Below are positions 35,570 to 44,590 of a stretch of 64,000 bases of DNA, in pieces; within the stretch, counting starts at the first letter, position 1, and every line of letters begins with the position of its first letter. The notes below the pieces were generated by a model. It ran no database searches. It was not told the origin of the DNA and saw only the letters and a list, made by a program, of their open reading frames with translations. The stretch is from a virus, in IMG/VR virus record IMGVR_UViG_3300025697_000013, positions 1 to 64,000 of that record; one strand, written 5' to 3'. Position numbers and translations under genes: made by a program.

Positions 35570-38193
35570 GCCACCCTCCTCTTGATTGCTTCGGCTGTCG
35601 GCATGGAATCGATCGCTCCGTCATCGTCGAAGGCAATGATCCAGTCGGCATGCTCCCAGATCTCCCGCTGGTGTGAGACCATCACCATGTGACGGATCCC
35701 GCCGATGCGCATAGCCGCCCGCTTTCGCTCAACATATCTGGCCGCGTTGTCCCTGTGGAGAGCACCGGTCGGCTCATCCCCCCACAGGGTGAGGATCGGA
35801 TCAGTGCGGCGTTCGTTGGCTACGATGGTCAGGGCCTCCCGCAGCGCGTCGGCGATGAACACCTCCTCGCCGCCGCTGGTGTTTCGGATGTCCTGCCGGA
35901 TCCCGAGCTTCCCGTCGAGGACATCGATGGAGAAAACGTCCTTGTATGGGTCCTCGCCCGCCTTCGTCGACCGGCGTAGTTTGGCGGTAATGATCTCGAT
36001 CCGGAATCTGGTGCCGAGTGTTTCTGCCAGGAGCTGGTTCGCCACCTCGGCCACCCGCGGACCCGCAGCGTCGATCTCCAGAATCTGAATGCCGTTACGG
36101 CCGAGGGCCTGTGCCAGCGTTGCCCACACCCCGATCTCGGTCGACAGCCGTTGGCTTCTATCTTGAAGGCCCGCACGCTTCGCATCGAGGTCCCCGAAGG
36201 TGGCAAGCACAGCCTCCTTCCGGTCGATGGTGGTCTGGTAGTCCCGCGCCTCCCCGTCTGCCGTGTCAACGGCTCCCTGGGCCTCCACGCTGGCATGCTC
36301 TGCCATGGATAGGTCGTCCGCGATATCCGTGCCGGGGTCGGGGGCCTCGGCCAACTCCGTGCGAAGCCCATCGATCTCGGCACGCAGCTCCGCGGTGCGG
36401 GACTCCTTCTCCTCCTTGCGCACCTCGAGGCCACCGAGTTTATCGGCCCCGGTGGCGCGTTTCTTCGCTTCCTCCAGGTCGGCGGCGATGCCCTGTCCGC
36501 TGGTCAGGATCCCGGCCAGCTTGTCATCCTGCCCGGGAACCGCTGCCTCTACCTCGACCCGGGCCTCCTCTACCTCTGCGAGCTTGGCCTGAGCCTCGGT
36601 CAGCGCATCGCTCTTCTCTGCCGCCTGGTCGACCTTCCGTTGCAGATCGTCGATCTGCCGTTGCTTCCCGTTGCGGTCTTCGAGGCTGGCACGCTTCTCT
36701 GTGAGGATCCGCTTTGCCTCTGTCCGACTCGACACCGAATCCCGGTGGACATCGTCGGCAGCACCGAACGCCTCCAGTTCTGCCTTGAGCCGATCCACCT
36801 CCACTTCAATGGCCGGCAATGATTCGGCTGCCTCGCCGGCGCGCACCAGGAACTGGCAGGAAGCGAAGTCGTCCTTCCCTTCGCATGGCACCTCGCCGAG
36901 GGTCTTGGAATCCAACTCCGCAGCCTCGAGCCGGCCAACCGCGGCCTCGAGGTCCCGCTGGGTCTCGGCAGCCGCGTGCTTCGCTGTGAGCGCCGCTTCC
37001 TCTGCCTCTTGCTTCGAAACGAGGAAGACCTCTGCCTCCTGCACTGCCGCCTTCAGGACCTCCAACTCGGGGAGGTCTCCGAACTCGTCTGCGAGCCGCT
37101 TTGCAGCGGCCACCCCCGCTGCAGCGGTGGTCTTCGACTCCCGGACCCGTTCGGTCTGGATGTTGACCTGCGACCGCGCCGCCGTGCGCTGATCCTTCAA
37201 GCGCTCGAGGACGCCATTCTCCCGCTGGTACTCCACCCGCAGGTCTGCCCGTCGTGCATCGAGAGCCTTGACCTCCTTTGCCGCTGCCCGCAAATCATCA
37301 GCGCTCTCAAGAGCCGTCCCGATTTGGACGAGGTCGTTCTCGACAGCTTCGAGATCCACCTCGCGCCCGGCCAAGCGATCACGCTTCTCCCTGACCGCAG
37401 CGGCCCGCGCCGACTCCGCCGCGTTCTGCTCGCGCAGAGCATCCCGCTGCTGGATCGCATCGGAGAGCGTGGCCTTCGCATCCCGCAGCCTGGCAGTGGC
37501 ATCCTCAAGCCCCATACGTGCCCCGCTCAACTCGTCGGTGAGCCGGCCAGCCTCCTCCATCCTTGCCTGGCTGGAATCGAGCGCTTCGGAAAAGCGGTTC
37601 ACCAGAGGGGCCAGCAATGCCACTCCATCCCCGGCGGTCTTCGCCATCGCTTGCAGGTGACCGATCCCCAGCATCTCCGTGAAGAGTGCCGAGCGGTCAG
37701 CCTTGCCGAGGGTCTGGAACTGGCCCACCCCGTTCAGCATCCCGGGCTTCTGGACAGCGAACCAATTGGAGTAGAACATCGCTCGGGACACTATGTTTTC
37801 GCGGATCCATGCGTCGTAGGGGCCGGTCTTTCCACCCTCGGTGTCACCGACCAGGACCCCGTTCTTGTGGACGTAGCACTCCTGCTTCCCCTTCCCTTTG
37901 GCCGTTCCCTTGTCGCCGCGGAGGGTCAACCGCACCTGGTCCCCGGCGCCAGTCTCGAACTCCACCTCGAGGACCGCATCCCGGCTGTTGACGAGGTCGA
38001 GGAATCCCCCCGGGAGCCTGGTGGGGAACTCCCGGAAGAGGGCAGCAGGCGCAGTCGCCTCCAGGAGGGTGGTCTTGCCTGCGCCGTTCGGTCCCACGAA
38101 GCAGACCAGACCGTCCGGGATCGCCGAGAAGTCGATGGTGCGCTCTCCCCGGAACCGTCCGAGGTCCTTCAAGTGGACTCGTAGCAATCTCAT
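35566..38193 (-). CDS. sbcC: SbcC/Rad50-like SMC ATPase
   Basis: GPNGAGKTT, long coiled coil, SGGE signature, DEPTGAL, SH. Confidence 0.9.
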   Translation of the reverse strand: MRLLRVHLKDLGRFRGERTIDFSAIPDGLVCFVGPNGAGKTTLLEATAPAALFREFPTRLPGGFLDLVNSRDAVLEVEFETGAGDQVRLTLRGDKGTAKGKGKQECYVHKNGVLVGDTEGGKTGPYDAWIRENIVSRAMFYSNWFAVQKPGMLNGVGQFQTLGKADRSALFTEMLGIGHLQAMAKTAGDGVALLAPLVNRFSEALDSSQARMEEAGRLTDELSGARMGLEDATARLRDAKATLSDAIQQRDALREQNAAESARAAAVREKRDRLAGREVDLEAVENDLVQIGTALESADDLRAAAKEVKALDARRADLRVEYQRENGVLERLKDQRTAARSQVNIQTERVRESKTTAAAGVAAAKRLADEFGDLPELEVLKAAVQEAEVFLVSKQEAEEAALTAKHAAAETQRDLEAAVGRLEAAELDSKTLGEVPCEGKDDFASCQFLVRAGEAAESLPAIEVEVDRLKAELEAFGAADDVHRDSVSSRTEAKRILTEKRASLEDRNGKQRQIDDLQRKVDQAAEKSDALTEAQAKLAEVEEARVEVEAAVPGQDDKLAGILTSGQGIAADLEEAKKRATGADKLGGLEVRKEEKESRTAELRAEIDGLRTELAEAPDPGTDIADDLSMAEHASVEAQGAVDTADGEARDYQTTIDRKEAVLATFGDLDAKRAGLQDRSQRLSTEIGVWATLAQALGRNGIQILEIDAAGPRVAEVANQLLAETLGTRFRIEIITAKLRRSTKAGEDPYKDVFSIDVLDGKLGIRQDIRNTSGGEEVFIADALREALTIVANERRTDPILTLWGDEPTGALHRDNAARYVERKRAAMRIGGIRHMVMVSHQREIWEHADWIIAFDDDGAIDSMPTAEAIKRRVA

Positions 38194-39458
38194 ATCAGCC
38201 CCTCCTCCAACTCGGCGATCCTCCCCGAGATGTATTCGAGAACCTCAGAGGGCTCCCTGGTCTCCAGCATGTCCAGAGCCGCGGCCAGCAGCTCGGCGGC
38301 CTCGCCCTCCATCACCTTGCCCTTCTCTTCAAGGTAGACCCGGACCTTGTCAACCAGGCTCGTCACCTCCACGATCTGCGGGGCGCGGACCTTCACCTCC
38401 GAGAGCGGGGTTGGTTCGAGCTTCACCGCGAGAGCACCAAGCGCCAGGACCCGGTCCCGAATCGCACGCCGGTCGAAGGCCTCGGCCAGCGCCTCCTGGT
38501 AGTAGACTCGGATCCGGACCTCAGCGCCCGACACCACCTCGGCCACGTCGTCCTCCCCGATGTTCCCGGTGACCCAGAGAGCGTCGTCTGTGGCGGTCTC
38601 GTCGAGGTAGTAGCCAGGGCCGCTCTCGCTGTCCAGGAACCAGAGATCCACCGTCCGGAGTGGCCGGTACGGGGTGTCCACCGTCACTGTCTTGATGGGG
38701 TCGCCAGTCTCCCGGTCCACCTCGTGGATGCAGATCACCCTGGGCGCGACCGCCCCGTGCTTGTGCTGCATCGGGGCCCCGGCGAACACCATCTTGGATC
38801 CAGTCGCATCCAGGATCTGGTGCTTGTGGATGTGCCCCAGGCACCAGAGTGGTGCGATGGGTGCGAGGTCCTCCACGCCCAGCTCGAAGTCGTCGCCGAT
38901 GAGGGGCTGCCCGTTGTCGATGGTCGTACCGACGAGGTTGCAGTGAGCGAGCCCCACCCGGAGCTTCCCGCGGCTCTCCATCTCCAGGCCCTGCAGGATC
39001 CCGCGGACGGCGCGCCGCATCACCTCGCTGATGTCGTCCCGCCCCCCCTCGACCTGGTCTGCCAGGGCCCCGCGGTCTGGCCACGGTACGGCGAGGACAT
39101 GGATCTCGACACCGGAACGCGTCATCACGCGGACGGCTTGGGCGCGCTCAATGTAGTGAATGCCCTGATCGCACTCGATGTCGTTCAAAAACTCCCAGTC
39201 CAGATGGTAATCGTGGTTCCCGCGGACCACCACCACCGGGCACAATTCTGCCAGCCGCTGGAAGTGCATCCGCACGACCTCGCGCTCCCGCGGGGTCGCC
39301 CGGCGCGGGATCTGGTTGGAGAGGTCACCGGCCACCAGGACGAGGTCCACGTCCTCGTGCTTCGCTGTCGCCTCGATGAATTTGAGGACGTGCTCCTGGT
39401 CCTCGAGGCGTGGCCCCTCTGTGATGTGGAGGTCCGCGTAGTGCAGGTACTTCAACAT
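38190..39458 (-). CDS. sbcD: SbcD/Mre11-like metallophosphoesterase nuclease
   Basis: ADLH, AGDL, GNHD, AH, LGHIH. Confidence 0.9.
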   Translation of the reverse strand: MLKYLHYADLHITEGPRLEDQEHVLKFIEATAKHEDVDLVLVAGDLSNQIPRRATPREREVVRMHFQRLAELCPVVVVRGNHDYHLDWEFLNDIECDQGIHYIERAQAVRVMTRSGVEIHVLAVPWPDRGALADQVEGGRDDISEVMRRAVRGILQGLEMESRGKLRVGLAHCNLVGTTIDNGQPLIGDDFELGVEDLAPIAPLWCLGHIHKHQILDATGSKMVFAGAPMQHKHGAVAPRVICIHEVDRETGDPIKTVTVDTPYRPLRTVDLWFLDSESGPGYYLDETATDDALWVTGNIGEDDVAEVVSGAEVRIRVYYQEALAEAFDRRAIRDRVLALGALAVKLEPTPLSEVKVRAPQIVEVTSLVDKVRVYLEEKGKVMEGEAAELLAAALDMLETREPSEVLEYISGRIAELEEGLI

Positions 39459-39461
39459 GCC

Positions 39462-40676
39462 CTATCCCTCCGTCCCTTGGTGCCGCTCATAGTCGTAGTT
39501 GGGCGAGTCGGGATAGCACTTGCCGCAAAGCCGCACGCCGACCTTGCCCGCCGTCCATCTGGCCTGCTTCTCCGTGACCTCCTCGGTGCATCCGCACGCA
39601 CACTCGCACCGGAGGACGCTGGCCTTCGGGGCGGCCGTGGCAGTGTCACCCGCTGCGTGGGGGGGCGCGGGGCGGCCGTCACCAGCGTCCGGGAAGTCCT
39701 GCTCCCTGGGTGGCGTGGCATCGATGACCCGCCCGGGGGGACCGTCGTCGTCCGGCGCGCTAACGAGGTCCGCATCCTCGTTGGGAGGCGCTTCCGCCTC
39801 GTCGGGAAAAGCCACCGAGTCGACCCCCTGGCGTACCGCTGGGTCCGACGCCCCATGCAGTGCGGGGCGAGCGGGCTGCTCTCCTGTTGCGCGTCCGCCG
39901 TCGTAGAGGAGGTCCGTCATCCCTAGCGCCTTCGCCGCGATCATCCGGTTGATCTCCGGGTCGTCCGGCGGGGAGAAGACCATCTTCATCACCAGGAACG
40001 GCTTCTTCAACTCGGCGGCTCCGTACGAAGTCTTCACCCCGAGGAGGGCACGGATCAGCCGCAGCATCGCCTTCGTCTCAGCCATGGATTCGATGTGCTC
40101 CCGCGTCGCCCACACCCGCTCCCAGGCGTCGACCTTCTTGGATTGGCGTTTGTCCTGCTTCGCGTAGTAGTCCTCCGTCTTCTGCGCGGCCCTATGCATG
40201 TTCCGCACCAGCGGCGACTCGTCTCGCAGGTCTATCTCCTTCGTCCCCATCATCTCTATGGGGGTACCGTCGAACGTCGTCATCTGTCCGACCACTCGGT
40301 ACCGGCAGTAGTGTGGATTCAGCCAATCATCCAGGCGCCCGCTCTTCTCCGGGATGAATGTCACACCGGAGGCCGCCGACAGCTTCAGGAGCATGGGCTT
40401 CGACAGGCCCAGCTCGCCGCCCCCTGGGATCTTGTAAACCCAATTGTCCCGGGGGTCGGTGGACGGCACCGAGACAGCGGTCACCGCGGGGGTGAACATC
40501 GCTGGACACCGTTGCAGCATCGCCGGGGTCACGAGGACGTTGTGTCCCCCCTCCATCCCCTGCTTCACGAGGCTCATGGCCTCGACCACCTCCGCAGGCA
40601 CCACTGCCGTCCGGGTCTGACCAGCGGGCACCATCTCGCGCCCGGGATCCTGGGTTGTCTTCTTGTCGTCGGCCAT
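39462..40676 (-). CDS. putative recombination / ssDNA-annealing protein with C-terminal Zn finger
   Basis: Between nuclease and SbcCD; AETKA..R.IR helix, acidic linker, C.C.C...CGKC. Confidence 0.45.
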   Translation of the reverse strand: MADDKKTTQDPGREMVPAGQTRTAVVPAEVVEAMSLVKQGMEGGHNVLVTPAMLQRCPAMFTPAVTAVSVPSTDPRDNWVYKIPGGGELGLSKPMLLKLSAASGVTFIPEKSGRLDDWLNPHYCRYRVVGQMTTFDGTPIEMMGTKEIDLRDESPLVRNMHRAAQKTEDYYAKQDKRQSKKVDAWERVWATREHIESMAETKAMLRLIRALLGVKTSYGAAELKKPFLVMKMVFSPPDDPEINRMIAAKALGMTDLLYDGGRATGEQPARPALHGASDPAVRQGVDSVAFPDEAEAPPNEDADLVSAPDDDGPPGRVIDATPPREQDFPDAGDGRPAPPHAAGDTATAAPKASVLRCECACGCTEEVTEKQARWTAGKVGVRLCGKCYPDSPNYDYERHQGTEG

Positions 40677-40679
40677 GGC

Positions 40680-41525
40680 TCAGTCCTCCTTGATGGTGAT
40701 AATTTTGGGGGCACCGTCCACGCAGCTCTCGACCCCGCGACAGATCCCCTGGTACTCACACTTCCCGAACGCTGTCTGGCACCGGAAGCTCCGGACTTGT
40801 CGCATGATGGCGCCCTGGAACCAACCAGCCGATCCTCTCGCACTCACCTGCTCTTCTAGCGACACCGTCCGATCGACCTCCGCTGCACCGTCCTCGAGCG
40901 TACGCAGGATCCCGATCCCGTGAATGCTCTGGCAGTCGAAGAAGCCCGCCTCGAGGACGGCACCGAAGCCCTCGACTATCATCGCCTCGTTACCGCGCCG
41001 ACCGATGGGCTCGAAGAGGTAGAGGTCCCTCGTGTCCTCTGCCACCGCGTGTACGATCCCTTCGTACCAGCACCCAGTCCCCATGGTCGTGGCCTGGAAC
41101 TCGAAAGGCCCACCGAACTTCACTTTCCCAGGGTGGCGCTTGGCGATCCCCATCACCTGCAAGACAAGGTTCTCGAGCATTTGACGAAGGACCCCGTGGA
41201 CAGTCCCGACGTCCCGCTCGACACCGCGGCCAGAGAGGTTCCGGATCGATCCCCCGGGCCGCGGGCGCATCCCGTCTCCGTCGAAGAACGTCCGCAGTTC
41301 CACATTCAGGCGGTGGTCCATCTCGTCACCGAATGCCACCCAGACCGGAGGACCCTCATTCAGGATCTCCTGGGCCGCGTCCAGGAGCACGTCACGCACC
41401 TCCCGGAAGACATGGTTCATCCACTCCGCTGCCGTCTCCTCGGTGCGGACCTTTCCTTCTGCCAGGAACGCGGCAGCCCGGGGGCACTCAGCCGCGCGGG
41501 CCAGGATCTCCTTCGTCAGTCTCAT
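40680..41525 (-). CDS. degenerate PD-(D/E)XK/Cas4-like exonuclease-fold protein
   Basis: N-terminal CPR and C-terminal C...CEYQGIC Cys pattern; catalytic motif not evident. Confidence 0.4.
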   Translation of the reverse strand: MRLTKEILARAAECPRAAAFLAEGKVRTEETAAEWMNHVFREVRDVLLDAAQEILNEGPPVWVAFGDEMDHRLNVELRTFFDGDGMRPRPGGSIRNLSGRGVERDVGTVHGVLRQMLENLVLQVMGIAKRHPGKVKFGGPFEFQATTMGTGCWYEGIVHAVAEDTRDLYLFEPIGRRGNEAMIVEGFGAVLEAGFFDCQSIHGIGILRTLEDGAAEVDRTVSLEEQVSARGSAGWFQGAIMRQVRSFRCQTAFGKCEYQGICRGVESCVDGAPKIITIKED

Positions 41526-42355
41526 TTGTCCTCCTCTACGATCATCGCCGGGGAGAAAAGCGGCGCCTCGCCGTTGATCCGATCCCGGCCCATCTCTGCG
41601 TACTTTGGATTCAGTTCGATCCCGATACAATCGCGACCCAGCTTGTCTGCAACAAGGCCCGTGGTCCCGGCTCCGAAGAATGGGTCAAGGACGGTGCCGC
41701 CAGGAGGACAACCCAACTCAATGCACCGTCGCGCCAGCTCGGCTGGCATCATCGCCGGATGCAGAGCAGTCCCATCGGGGCATATCTGCCAGCATGATTT
41801 GTATCGCCACGATTCCTTGACCTCTTCGGGCCAATAGTATTTCTTCGATTTGACCAGGTGGGCGACGTACTCATGGGACTGGCTCACCCTGTCGGGCCTG
41901 GCTGGTTCAGCGCTCCGCTTCTTGTCCCATGCAATCACGATCCGCAGATACCATCCAGCCTGACGCAGAGCATCGAAGACCTTGGACGGGAGCAGCGTCA
42001 CGTCCTTGTCCTTGTAGCCGTCAGGGGCTTTGCGCCACCCGAGATTGTCTACAATGCCGCCCCATGCCTTCCGGCCTTTGAGCTTGCCTCCACCACCGCA
42101 GCCGCCAGAAGACCACTTTTCGCCTATGTTGAGCCACAGGGATCCGTCGTCGGCAAGTACCCGATGCACATAATCGAACACCTCAACCATCTTGGCGATG
42201 TAGGCATCAGGGTCATTCTCTGCGCCACACTGGCCCTCTACCCCGTAGTCTCTGCATCTCCAATAAGGCGGGCTCGTCACGCAGCAATGGACGGACTTGG
42301 AAGGTAGCTCGCGCAGCCGTTCGATGCAATCCCCCACCAGAATCCGAACCGTCAC
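41522..42355 (-). CDS. N4-cytosine/N6-adenine DNA methyltransferase (beta class)
   Basis: VTSPPY; HPA..P; VLDPFFGAGTTG; GIELN. Confidence 0.92.
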   Translation of the reverse strand: MTVRILVGDCIERLRELPSKSVHCCVTSPPYWRCRDYGVEGQCGAENDPDAYIAKMVEVFDYVHRVLADDGSLWLNIGEKWSSGGCGGGGKLKGRKAWGGIVDNLGWRKAPDGYKDKDVTLLPSKVFDALRQAGWYLRIVIAWDKKRSAEPARPDRVSQSHEYVAHLVKSKKYYWPEEVKESWRYKSCWQICPDGTALHPAMMPAELARRCIELGCPPGGTVLDPFFGAGTTGLVADKLGRDCIGIELNPKYAEMGRDRINGEAPLFSPAMIVEEDK

Positions 42356-42495
42356 GACCGGCCTCTATTGACAGCGATGTGCGAATTGAGATACAAGATG
42401 GTCATCGAAGACGATCCCCTTCGTCTACGAGGCCCGGCGCCCTGGAAGGTCCCTCACCATCCGGGGCGTCATCGCGCTGGCCTCCAACCACGGGC

Positions 42496-42560
42496 ACTGT
42501 AGATTCGCCACCGAGGAAGAGTCAAGACAATTCGTCGAGCGCTCGTCGATTGATCGTCGA
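42496..42560 (-). promoter_or_regulatory. promoter TTGACT-18-TACAGT with two overlapping operator variants (42535-42549, 42546-42560)
   Basis: Heads the replication operon; GTCAAGACAATTCG identical to 1912-1925. Confidence 0.6.
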
Positions 42561-42597
42561 ATTCAGGATTCAATCGAGGAAGAAAGAGAGGGGAAAG

Positions 42598-43299
42598 CTA
42601 CTTGGTACCCGCCTGAACAGCGAAGATGACGCCAACGGTCAGGGCCGCACCGGCAGCGACACCCACCGCAGTCTCCAGCCACCCCCACCGGAACCCCACG
42701 ATCGGGTTCGGCGGGGGCTCAATGTCCAGGCATTCGTCCAGGTTCTTCCGGCAGGACTTCAGGCGTTCCTGCCCTGCGTAGATTTTCTCCACGTCGTAAC
42801 GGTGGAACCCGAAGACCTCCGCTGGATCTACCGTCTCCCCGCCCCGCAACAGGTACGGGGGGAAGTAATCAACAGGGGTCTCCACTTCGTCAGGGACCAC
42901 CGGGGCCGTGGCTGCCTCCGTAACGGCTTCCGGGTCCACCGGGGACGGGAGGGCAGCCCAGGCTGGAACGGCGCTCAGTGCCACCAGCGCTGCAACCGTG
43001 GCACCCAAAACGAATGCGATCGCACCGGCGGGTCCGTTCAGGTTGTCACTCACCGCGTCCAACAGATCCTCGGCTGGCATCTTCGCCGCGTCGGCTTCCG
43101 CCCTCGCGCCGGCCGCCTTGTCCTCCGCGGCAACCCGCCCCTTCCTGGCCAGGTACTCCTGGTAGGCTGCCCGGCGTGCCCGCACAGCCATCACGATCAC
43201 CAGGACCACAAGCCCCAGCACGAACAGGGACAGGATCACGATCGCAACCGTGGTCCCCACTTGCCCGGCAGACGCGGCCAGGTGAAACTGCTCACGCAT
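42598..43299 (-). CDS. multi-TM membrane protein, possible lysis accessory (spanin-like)
   Basis: Three hydrophobic segments, position after holin-like gene. Confidence 0.45.
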   Translation of the reverse strand: MREQFHLAASAGQVGTTVAIVILSLFVLGLVVLVIVMAVRARRAAYQEYLARKGRVAAEDKAAGARAEADAAKMPAEDLLDAVSDNLNGPAGAIAFVLGATVAALVALSAVPAWAALPSPVDPEAVTEAATAPVVPDEVETPVDYFPPYLLRGGETVDPAEVFGFHRYDVEKIYAGQERLKSCRKNLDECLDIEPPPNPIVGFRWGWLETAVGVAAGAALTVGVIFAVQAGTK

Positions 43300-44293
43300 C
43301 GCTGGCAGCCTTCTTCTTTGACGCGGCCACGATCGCCGCGTAGATCACCGCGATCCCACCACCACCAGCCAGGCCCTTCACCACGGACCCCAGGGGATCG
43401 CCTCCGGCCGCAATCGCCACCAGGATCCCCAGGACCACAGCCAGCCCGATCGGAATCACCCGGTACCACTTCTCCGGGATCCACTGGCCCAGACTGTCAC
43501 GCACAGGACGCAGACGGAACACAGCAAACAGAATCAGGAAGATCCCCAGCGTAATCGCCAGTGCGTCCTTGTCCTTGATGGCTTGGATCAGCACGCCAGT
43601 AGCGTCCATGACCTCCTTCATGTCAGCATCCGAATCGGGGTCTACCTCGGCAGCGGGGAGCTCCTCCTCCATTGTCGCTGTAGGCTGTTCGGATATCGGT
43701 GGGATTGAGTCGTCGGGGATGTCCTCATTCAAGGCGGTCTCACCGATCGGCATGGCCTCGTCCGGCACATCGTCAGGCGGGTCATCTTCCAGAGTTACAA
43801 CCCCAGCCGTCTCTTCCAGGCTTGCGTCAATCAGAGTACCAGCAGGAACTCCCGGCGGGCAGGCTTCCGGAACTTCGGCCCCTGCACTGATCGCCCAGCA
43901 ATCGCCAGGCACCTCCAACTCCCGCTCCGCAGCCGCCGCATCGCCGGACAGCAGATTCGCCAGGCCACGGATCTCCGCCGCCTCTTCCGGGGACTCCGTC
44001 ACCGCCGCAGTGGTCACGTCCTCGCCGCGCACAGGCGGCACCACGAACGCGTGCCACAGCACCAGGCCCACCAGGATCACCATCGTCATTCCTAATCGTC
44101 GCATGATCTCCCTCCGTTGTTCTCTACCGCTACCAATGGGCACCGACGTCGGCACCCACGCCTCTATCTCCATTGACTCAGCTCGCCCCAGCATGTCAGC
44201 CAGATCATCCCAGGTGGACCGCATCCTGGTATGCCTGAATTCCACCACGAACACCAGTGCCCCGAAGAGGACGAAATACAAGATCGTTCCCAT
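43292..44293 (-). CDS. membrane protein with acidic loop and holin-like C-terminal TMs
   Basis: About five TM segments. Confidence 0.5.
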   Translation of the reverse strand: MGTILYFVLFGALVFVVEFRHTRMRSTWDDLADMLGRAESMEIEAWVPTSVPIGSGREQRREIMRRLGMTMVILVGLVLWHAFVVPPVRGEDVTTAAVTESPEEAAEIRGLANLLSGDAAAAERELEVPGDCWAISAGAEVPEACPPGVPAGTLIDASLEETAGVVTLEDDPPDDVPDEAMPIGETALNEDIPDDSIPPISEQPTATMEEELPAAEVDPDSDADMKEVMDATGVLIQAIKDKDALAITLGIFLILFAVFRLRPVRDSLGQWIPEKWYRVIPIGLAVVLGILVAIAAGGDPLGSVVKGLAGGGGIAVIYAAIVAASKKKAASDA

Positions 44294-44520
44294 CAGGGCC
44301 CCTCCTTCTCACCAGCGGCAATCCGCCGGATCCGTTCCAGTGCCACCGGATCGTCCTTCGCGCACTTCAGCGTGGCCATGATCTCCACCACTGCCAAGGT
44401 GCGCTGGCTCACGTCGATCAATTTCTGGAGCAGGGGCTGCACTCGCCACAGCAGGTAGATCGCCACCGCTGCCGGGAACCCCACCGTCTGAAAGAATTGC
44501 CTGATCTCCTGAAGGTCCAC
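44293..44520 (-). CDS. YvrJ-like small membrane protein / putative holin
   Basis: FFQTVGFPAAVAIYLLWR. Confidence 0.6.
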   Translation of the reverse strand: MDLQEIRQFFQTVGFPAAVAIYLLWRVQPLLQKLIDVSQRTLAVVEIMATLKCAKDDPVALERIRRIAAGEKEGP

Positions 44521-44590
44521 GTCCGCTTCTCCCGCTGCTGCTGCGTTGCTGTCCCATCCGTGATCGCATGGGCGCACCTTCCTGGTCAGA

